From the human T2T-CHM13v2.0 reference genome, Homo sapiens, in NCBI RefSeq assembly GCF_009914755.1, contig NC_060929.1: a stretch of 64,000 nucleotides of DNA; one strand, 5' to 3'. The stretch's first letter is position 1, and each line of letters starts with the position of its first letter. This document shows, in pieces, positions 55,402 through 64,000 of the stretch. The position numbers and the translations under genes are program-made. The notes below the pieces were generated by a model. It was not told the DNA's origin. It worked only from the letters and a program-made list of their open reading frames with translations, and ran no database searches.

Positions 55402-56982
55402 TAAAAATGTATACTCAACATTTTATTTTGAGTCCTCTACCTGAGGGTTACACCCCTCTCATGTCCCACTGTCTAAGACATTCTTCTCTCCCTCAACTCT
55501 TCACTTCCCCCATAGGGCAATTAAGATGATTCTTTCTAGATTCCAGAGAGAGCCATACCTGTGTGTAAGAACTATCTCATATCTTTCTTCTACACAGCTT
55601 AATTGGTGTAGAGCCAATTAAGTTAGCAGTTGATAAATATTTCCTGGTTTCCTGATAAGACAGTCCTTCAACTACTCCTCCAACAAATTCATTCCATATT
55701 TCTTGAGCTTCTAAATTGAATGGCATGTGAGAAGTACTGGGGATGCATGCAAACACTGTCCATATATTTGTGCACCTGGACATCTCCTGTTTTTCTCTGT
55801 GGCTTATTCATGTATTGCTTTTCTAAGACACATGCCGATTCACCTTAAAGACTTCATTAATTTAATGGTTGCCTTTGTGTTAGGAGAGAAGTCATTTCAT
55901 CTTCAATTGCCCAGACAATTACTTCTAGGTTAAGACCTCTTGGCAGGTAAATGGGCAGTAGATGCCAAAGTGTATAGCAAGAAAATGAAACTTGGCAATA
56001 GGAATGCCGATAGAATGTGAACAAAGAGAACAACAGCAAGAGCCAATGGGCTAAATGTACCCCCTATATTTTTCTATATAAATCATGACAAGATATTATA
56101 AACCAATTTGTCTCCTTGTGTAATAAAATATATATTTTTCAAATAAAATGCACAAAAGGAAGCAACATAAATCCTTCATTTGTATCTTTTAAAACTCACA
56201 GATATCTAATTACTTTGTTCTCTTTTAACAGTCTGTTTCAAAGTATCTTTATGCCATCCAAAAATGTAATTGATTTTGGAAAAACTAAGTAATATTAAGA
56301 TGGAAACAGAGTAAAGTATAGCTGTATAAATATGAGTTAGAGTCATATAAAGCTTAAAAAATAGATTTCATTTAGATGCTATTTAAATTCAGTTATTTAT
56401 TTTGCATATAATTTGCATGTTATTGTTATTGTTGCTTAAGTAAATAATGGGTTCCTTTATTTTCAAATAATCTATAGCAGAAATCTTGGCCAGTAATCTC
56501 TAAAACATATTTACTAAGACTCCTTTCTTTGCAAAAAAAAGATAATAAATTAAAATGTAATTATCAATGTGCTCATATGTTTGCATATGTTGTAAGCTCA
56601 TAGAACATGGAAAAACACACAATAGTTTACATCAGTGGTAGTAGTGGTATGTATTTTTTAATAAAACTGTAAAATTATTTATGGTCTGTTAATTGCAAAT
56701 GTAGACTATAATACTCTATAAAATAAGTGAATGCAATGTGTAAGATATGAATAAGAAAATAGACTAAAACTGGAAGGTAATATAGGCAAGTGAAAACACA
56801 ATGTTAATGAAGTGATAGGGATATAGATAATATTTATCTTTGATGTTTGTTGGTATTTTAAAATTGTTTTTCCCACAATGTGCTAATAACCATAAATGAA
56901 AATGGTAATTAGGCACAAAAACCATTACTCAAAAAGAAAATCTCTCCTCTACTTTCTAAAAGCACAGCACAATTTTTTACAA

Positions 56983-57195
56983 TAGTGGCTCTCAACCTGA
57001 AACAATTTTGCCCCCCAGGGTGCATTTGATAATTTTTGAAGACATTTTTGGTTTTCACCATTTCAGGGATGCCAGTGGCATCCATTAGGTAGAAGCAAGG
57101 GATTCAGTTAAACATCTTACAATGCACAAGATAGCCCTGACAAGAGAGAATTATCTGGCTCCAAATTCCAATATAGCCAAGGTAAAGAAAACCTG
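56983..57195 (+). mobile_element. MER20 hAT-Charlie MITE
   Basis: agtggctctcaacc...ttttgccccccaggg...gacatttttgg...aaacatcttacaatgcaca...gaattatctggc...gaaaacctg. Confidence 0.9.
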
Positions 57196-58419
57196 CTATA
57201 GAATGATTATAAAACAAATAATTGCCCTTTCCCCTCACCAGAACTAAGCCCTCCTTCCCAAGAAAAATACTTTCTCTGACTTACATTCTTGTAGGAATTT
57301 CCATGAATATTTAATCCTCTCGGGAAGAAAGAAAGCTAAAACATGCATGATGCGCTTCTGAAATATGAAATTCAAGATACTTCCCTTGTCTATTTTCACT
57401 TGCAGGGTAAATGCACAGTCAGATGCTTACTTCACACTAGAGTCAAGTCAGAGGATTGTTGAAGGAAAAAAGCAACAGTAAAGGATGTGCTGTAAGAATT
57501 AACCAAGAGAAATAGAAACTGGCACTGTCAAGTGGGTACTGCCTAAAAATAGATGAATTAAGTATTCTAGAGATGTAAACTTTATGATTAACTGTATTTA
57601 TATTACGTGGAATAGAGCGAGGAAAAACTGGAAAGAAAAGAAGAAAAAACCCCAGAGAAGAAAAATACTCAACCACCTTTAAGAGAATCATATGCAGGAG
57701 CAATTTCTCAGTAAGCATAAAAATTCATTCTCATTATTGAAAATTCAACGGAAAATTAGGTCTTGATAATAAAAGAAAAAAAGAAAAAGATGTAGAATAT
57801 TCATATAGTGCCCACACATATCCTAAAACTACTGAGACAGCTTACAGTTCTTGAACATATACCAGGCAACATTTCCTGATAAATATTTACCATAAATTTT
57901 TGACATTAATGGTTACCTGACAGATTTTGCTGAAGCAATAGGAAAATTATTAGACAAGTTAACAAATGGTACCCATTCACAATGAAAGAAATTATGACAG
58001 AATCAACATCTTCAACTCCTCAATGTTTTATATAAATCTTTCTTTATTGCTTGGTTTAAATTGTGCTCAAGAGATGTAATATAAAATATAAGATTATCAA
58101 GGAGAGTTATATTATTCACACTGTGAATATTATATAATGCACTGTGTATTACATTTAACACACTGTGAATAAAGTACCTACTTAAAAAAACATATATTTT
58201 AATTAAATTAAGGTTTTTTTCAAGGTGGAGTAGACAGCAGAAACAGTAATATTTGAGGAAGGATTAGTTTATTTGGTCCACCAACTGTTTCCAAAAAAAT
58301 AAGAGTAAAAACAACTATAACGAAACAAGGTCCTCATGGAATGCAAATGATCAAGAAAATGGCTTTGCTACATTTTAAAATGCAGTGTAACAAGATGGCT
58401 AAGATTGAGAGATGTGAAG

Positions 58420-58591
58420 GCAGTCATTTGCTAGCTATGTGACCTTGAACAAATCATTTAACCTCTCTGGGCCTCAGTTTCCCCTTTTTAAATAGGCTAA
58501 TAGTGGCTGTCTCAGTTTTTATAAGAGAACTGGTTAACTTGAAGTGCATTAACACAATACCTGCACAAGTTAAAAACTCAATACAAGGTAG
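58420..58591 (+). mobile_element. MIR SINE interrupted by an MST LTR (resumes at 59024)
   Basis: ctagctatgtgaccttgaacaaatcatttaacctctctgggcctcagtttcc. Confidence 0.85.
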
Positions 58592-59023
58592 TGCCCTGGT
58601 TTGGATGTTTGTCCTCCCCAAACCCCATGTTGACATTTGATCCCCAGTGTGGCTCTGTTGGGAGTTTGGGCCTAATGGGAGGTGCTAAGAGTCATGGGGG
58701 CAGAGCTCTTATGGGTAGATTGATGCCTTATCTGAGGAGTAAGTTCTCATTCTATCAGTTCCACTGAGAGCTAATTATTAAAAAGAGCCTGGTACCTCCC
58801 CCTACTGGCTTCCTCTTGTACCAGGTGATGTCTCTGCACAGGAAGCCGGTTCCATGTCTGCTTCTGCCTTTAGTTGAAGCAGCCTGATGAGGACCTCACC
58901 AGATGCAGATGTTCAATCTTGAAATTTCTAGCCACCGGAATAGTGAACCAAATAAACTTCTTTTCTTTATTGACTATACAGTCTCAGGTACTCTGTTGTA
59001 GCAACACTAAATGGACTAAGACA
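58592..59023 (+). mobile_element. MST (MSTC-like) MaLR solo LTR
   Basis: tgccctggtttggatgtttgtcc...tagcaacactaaatggactaagaca; 5-bp TSD GGTAG/AGTAG. Confidence 0.9.
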
Positions 59024-59471
59024 AGTAGCTATAATTATTTCCTTATATTCATGTTATGATGATGGTGGAGAATGTTGAGCGCTGTACGAAAGTTCAGGAG
59101 GGGATGAGAGGAGAAACGGAAGGGGGATGAGAGGAGAAACCGAAGGAGGAAAAGAGGAAGGAGAAAACAACAGTTCGCCAAAATTGTGCCCAAAATTGTG
59201 TGGGCATAATTTGTTTGGAATTAAGGCTGTCTGTGGTCACAGAGTGTTCACACCTCCTTTACTCCACTTTATGCTTCCTGAGTGAACTCATTCACCTATT
59301 TTCACAGCAGCCAATTTTAACCTCCTCTGATTTCAATATAAAGTGTTTAGTATGTTCACAGAGAATATGTAAGTCTTCAGGCAAGCCTTTAGTTTCCAGT
59401 CCTGCTACCCACTTTGTATCTTCAACCTACTCCTTTCTAAAGATTGTTTCTCCACCAAACTATATATGACT

Positions 59472-59743
59472 CTCACTCTGTCGCCCAGGCTGGAGTGCAG
59501 TGGCACGATCTCGGCTCACTACAACCTCCGCCTCCCAGGTTCAAGCAATTCTCCCTGCCTCAGCCTCCTGAGTAGCTGGGATTACAGGCATGCACCACCA
59601 CGCCCAGCTAATTTTTGTATTTTTATTAGAGACGGGGTTTTGTAATGTTTGCCAGGCTGGTCTTGAACTCCTGACCTCAGGTGATTCACCCACCTCGGCC
59701 TCCCAAAGTGCTGGGATTACAGGCGTGAGCCACCATGCCTGGG
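59472..59743 (-). mobile_element. AluS lacking its poly(A) tail
   Basis: Alu body flanked by TATATATGACT on both sides (59461-59471 and 59744-59754); no poly-T. Confidence 0.95.
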
Positions 59744-59769
59744 TATATATGACTTTTTAAAAGCTGTTT

Positions 59770-61030
59770 CCCTCTCCCTACATCCCTTCAGAACCAAACT
59801 TCTCAAAAGTGTAGTCTTCGACCACCGAAACTCCTCTTGCTACATTTCACCAGTGCGCTCCTGTTACTCTATCTGGGAGAAAATTTTCATGATTTATTTC
59901 AATTGATCACTGTGGCATCTGACGCAGCTGACTATTTGCTTCTCAAACTCAGGTTTTAAGACATGATTATCTGGAGTATCTTGTACTAACTCTCTGACTG
60001 CTACTTATTTATCTCTTCTGTGAGCTCCTTTTCTGTCTTCCACTATCTAAAATACGGGGCTCACCAGATTTCCATTTTTAGCTGTCTTTGCATTTTGCCT
60101 TTTAAATTTTATGTATTCACAAAGTTAGAAGCACCACTTATATGCTGACAATGCTCAGTTCGTCTCTCTATATAACTGCTTCCTAATTTGTACACCTATA
60201 TTTTCCAATCGCCTGCTGGTTGTATCCATTTGGAGATTCCATGTGCATAGAAAAAAAAAATCACCATTTCCCAAAGTGAACTCACTATCTGCCCACATGC
60301 CTCATCCCCTTGACCTCCACTCCCCTTCCTGTCTTCCCTACATCAGTAAAGGATACTATGAGAATCATGGGATTCACCAAGTCCTGTCACTTTCATCTTA
60401 TAAACACAATAATTTTATATCTTCTTTTTTTGCATTCCTGTCTTAGTTCATCACATCTTCCTGAAATTTTGCAGTAGGTTTTCAACTCATCTTCCAACGT
60501 TAAATTTTGCTCCACTTCAATCCACCCTCTACACTTCAGAACCATCTTCGATAGGTGTGAATCTGTTCATGCAATTCTATTGACACTATTTCATGGGCCC
60601 CTACAGGCTTTGGACAAATATTCAATTATTGAGCAAGATACAAAAATGGTCTTCATCTTTTGATCCCCACCTACGGCTTCAACACCAAATCTACCCTTTC
60701 CTCACTCCCACTCCAGTCTTTTAAAATGACTTCCAAATCCCTAATACCATTTATTTATCCTGTGTCACACCCTCCTCTATGTTATTCTTTCTGCTTGGAA
60801 CATCTATCCACACACTTCTAACCCCCTTCTTCACCTGACTCGTTTCCATGTAATATATTAGTATATTCCCACTATGCCCTGTGTATATCCTCTTTCAAAG
60901 CACTCATGACCCCACATTGTGATTCTTTCTACACTTGTTGTTCCAAATGGTGAATGCCTGACTTTGTGCGCTATGATTCTGTGTTCTATTTCCCCACATA
61001 AATAGTACAGTGTGTAGCAAATAATAAATT
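59770..61030 (+). mobile_element. L2 fragment (ORF2 3' part and 3' region)
   Basis: ccaaacttctcaaaagtgtagtc, gcatctgacgcagctgac, atatgctgacaatgctcag, atccatttggagattcc. Confidence 0.65.
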
Positions 61031-61387
61031 ACTACTATAGAAGTGAATTTTTCACTCAATACTTGTGGCATTCGCCCGGGGTCAAATATCCAAACAACCA
61101 TTTGTATATAAAGCAAAACCACACTGGGAGAGACACCATAACCTTGTCGTGATGTAATTTATAAACATGATGGAGGAAGACAGAATAAATACGTAAAATA
61201 TAAACCATTTGAAATACCAAATACCCAGACAAGTGACAAAATCAACAAGTGACGAAGGAACTTATAGGAGACAAAGACCATGAGGCACTTACTTGGCTGC
61301 TAAGAAAGTCTTACAGAAAAGGAAAGACGTAAGCTAGGCATAAATACAGTAAGAATCTGATGTAACTATAAGAATAGTAAACGCCTA

Positions 61388-61808
<421 letters not shown>

Positions 61809-62762
61809 ATTTTAAACTGTGCAGCTGGTGATGCAAGAAAACATCTGTTTAAAAAACAGCAGCACTTTTCTCCATTTGCCATTCCATAAAAAGGTAATTT
61901 GTGTATGTGTTTACTAGAACTCTTTCCTCAAAAGTGAAATATTGCTTCACTCTTTGGTTGGCAAATGTGTTGTTTTAAGATGGAGAAGAATCTGCTTTAA
62001 ATGAAGAGGAAGCTATTTCAGTCCATAATCCTCAGAGCCAAAATTTGAATCTTAAAATGCACTTTTCATCAAAGAATCTTAACAAAAAGATTCCTGCCAA
62101 TTTAACCACGACATCTAAAAATATTTCATTCCAAGGCCAAGCTTTCTGCTCAGGAGCATTCTAATTGAGACCACATTCTTCCAAAGATCTATTGAGCTGA
62201 CAGTCACCTAAGTCACATGGTTCTGACACCACCAGTAGCTTCCTCAGTAAGGACTCACAACTGCATGCCATTTAGGAGTTCTGCATTTTCCTCATGATTT
62301 TCTAGATTTTCAAATTTTCCTGGAACTTCTTTATATCCAATAGAGCTACTATAACTAGCCAAGTCAGAGAAACATGGAACTTTGAGTTGCAAGCCAAGTT
62401 AATATATCCTTTCTCAATTAAAACATGGTAAAACTGAGACTTAGTAAATTATATTGCCAACCCAAGCACACTTAAGACAGCAGCTGGAGTGGACATTGGG
62501 TCTCTTGAGTTGTCTTCATTAAGTATGTTCATAGACGACCAATAAACTTACATGAAGGCATACCACAGAAAGATACTGCTGGCTCAGTTCCAGACCACCA
62601 CAATAAAGTGAATATCCCAATAAAGCGAGTCTCACAATTTTTTTGGTTTCTTAGTGCATACAGAAGTTATGTTTACACTATACTGTATCTAATAAGTGTG
62701 AAATAGCATCATGTTAAAAATGTACATACCGTAATTTTAAAATACTTTATTGCTAGAAAATA

Positions 62763-63281
62763 CTAACAATCATCTGAGCCTTCACGGAGTAGTAATCTTT
62801 CTGCTGATAGAATGTCTTGGCTCCATGTTAATGGCTGCTGACTGAGCAGGGTTGTGGTTGCTAAACGCTGGCGTGGCTGAGACAGTTTCTTAAAATGAGA
62901 CAACAATGAAGTTTGCTGTATCAGTGGACTCTTCCTTTCACAAAAGATTTCTCTGTGGCATGCTATCCTGTGTGATAGCATTTTACCCACAGCAGAAATT
63001 CTTTCAAAATTGAAGTCAAACCTCTCAAATCTGGCTGCCGCTTTATCAACTGAGTTTATGTAATATTCTAAGTCCTTTGTTGTCACTTCAACAATGTTCA
63101 CAGCGTCTTCACCAAAAGTAGATTCCATCTCAAGAAACCACATTCTTTGCTCATCCTTAAGAAGCAACTTGTGCATTGAAGTTTGATCATGAGATTGCAG
63201 CAATTCAATCACATCTTCAGGCTCCACTTCTAATTCTAGTTCTCTTGCTATTTCCACCACATCTGCAGTGACTTCCTCCAC
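62763..63281 (-). pseudogene. Tigger1 transposase C-terminal relic (TIGD1-like), non-functional
   Basis: [31 protein letters not shown] matches the Tigger1 transposase. Immediately upstream the frame has in-frame TGA stops and a 1-bp frameshift; the start codon is GTG. Confidence 0.85.
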
Positions 63282-63649
63282 TCAGGCCTTGAACACCTCA
63301 AAGTCATTCATGAGAATTGGACTCAATTTCTTCCAAACTCCTGTTAATGTTGCTATTTGAACCTCCTCTCATGAATCATGAATGTTCTTAATGGTATCTA
63401 GAATGTGAATCCTTTCCAGAAGGTTTTCAATACTTTGCCCAGATTCATCAGAGGAATCACTGCCTATGGTAACTATAGCCTTACTAATTGTACTTCTTAA
63501 ATAAGACTTGAAAGTCAAAATTGCTCCTTGATTTATGGGCTACAGAATGGATGTTGTGTTAGCAAGCATGAAAACAGCATTAATCTCTTTGTACCTCTCC
63601 ATCAGAGCTCATGTGTGACTAGGTGCATTGTCAATGAGCAGCCATTATT

Positions 63650-63991
63650 TTCTTGTTGTTTTGTTTGTTTTCTAATTGTAATCTCATTATTATTATTATT
63701 ATTATTATTTTGAGACAAGTTCTCACTCTGTCACCCAGTTTGCAGTGCAGTGGTGTGATCTCAGTTCACTGCAACCTTTGCCACCCAGGTTCGAGTGATC
63801 CTCCACCTCAGCCTCCTGAGTAGCTGGGACTACAGGCACATGCCACCATGCCTAGCTAATTTTTGTATTTTTTGTAGAGACAGGGTTTCACCATGTTGCC
63901 TAGGCTGGTCTTGAATGTCTGGGCTCAAGGTATTTGCCGGCCTCAGCCTCCCAAACTGTTGGAATTACAGGCGTCAGCCATTGCACCTGGT
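63650..63991 (-). mobile_element. AluJ-like inserted in Tigger1
   Basis: ttttttgtagagac and ctgggctcaag diagnostics; TSD core TGAGCAG at 63635 and 63992. Confidence 0.92.
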
Positions 63992-64000
63992 TGAGCAGTA

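Larger units (their letters stand above)
62555..64000 (-). mobile_element. Tigger1 (TcMar-Tigger) DNA transposon, 3' part, interrupted by an Alu and running off the window end
   Basis: TIR-like aggcatacc...gttccagaccac..caataaag; carries a transposase relic; sequence resumes (tgagcagta) after the Alu. Confidence 0.93.

Noticed and set aside
57386-57495. Good plus-strand acceptor (ttttcacttgcag)
   Set aside because: Downstream frames stop or give nothing recognisable, and the donors are weak.
58119-58167. CACTGTG as V(D)J recombination signal heptamers
   Set aside because: No nonamer found at 12 or 23 bp from the first copy, none obvious for the others, and no Ig/TCR segments nearby.
62763-63281. 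172-aa ORF, the longest in the window, as a domesticated TIGD-like gene
   Set aside because: It starts at GTG directly after an in-frame TGA; a further stop, a frameshift and an Alu insertion lie upstream. It is a Tigger1 relic.

Overview
AT-rich primate (human-like) genomic DNA that looks intronic or intergenic. I cannot support any protein-coding exon, RNA gene or CpG-island promoter. Most recognisable sequence is interspersed repeat: 8 Alus (J, S and Y types, several with clear target-site duplications, TSDs), L1 fragments from young L1PA to old L1M, L2, L3/CR1 and MIR relics, an LTR14-family (HERV-K14/HML-1) solo LTR, MaLR LTRs (MST/MLT1), hAT MITEs (MER58, MER20, MER5) and a Tigger1 whose dead transposase gives the only long ORF. 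Other ORFs are short, or are Alu/L1-derived. The one structure these repeats do not explain is a diverged inverted repeat with arms of about 400 bp (about 46208-46612 and 47165-47562; core about 79% identical by hand alignment). It carries a perfect 18-bp fold-back in the left arm. I found no convincing new multi-gene system. Subfamily names come from remembered consensus motifs, not a database search, and boundaries of old repeats are approximate.
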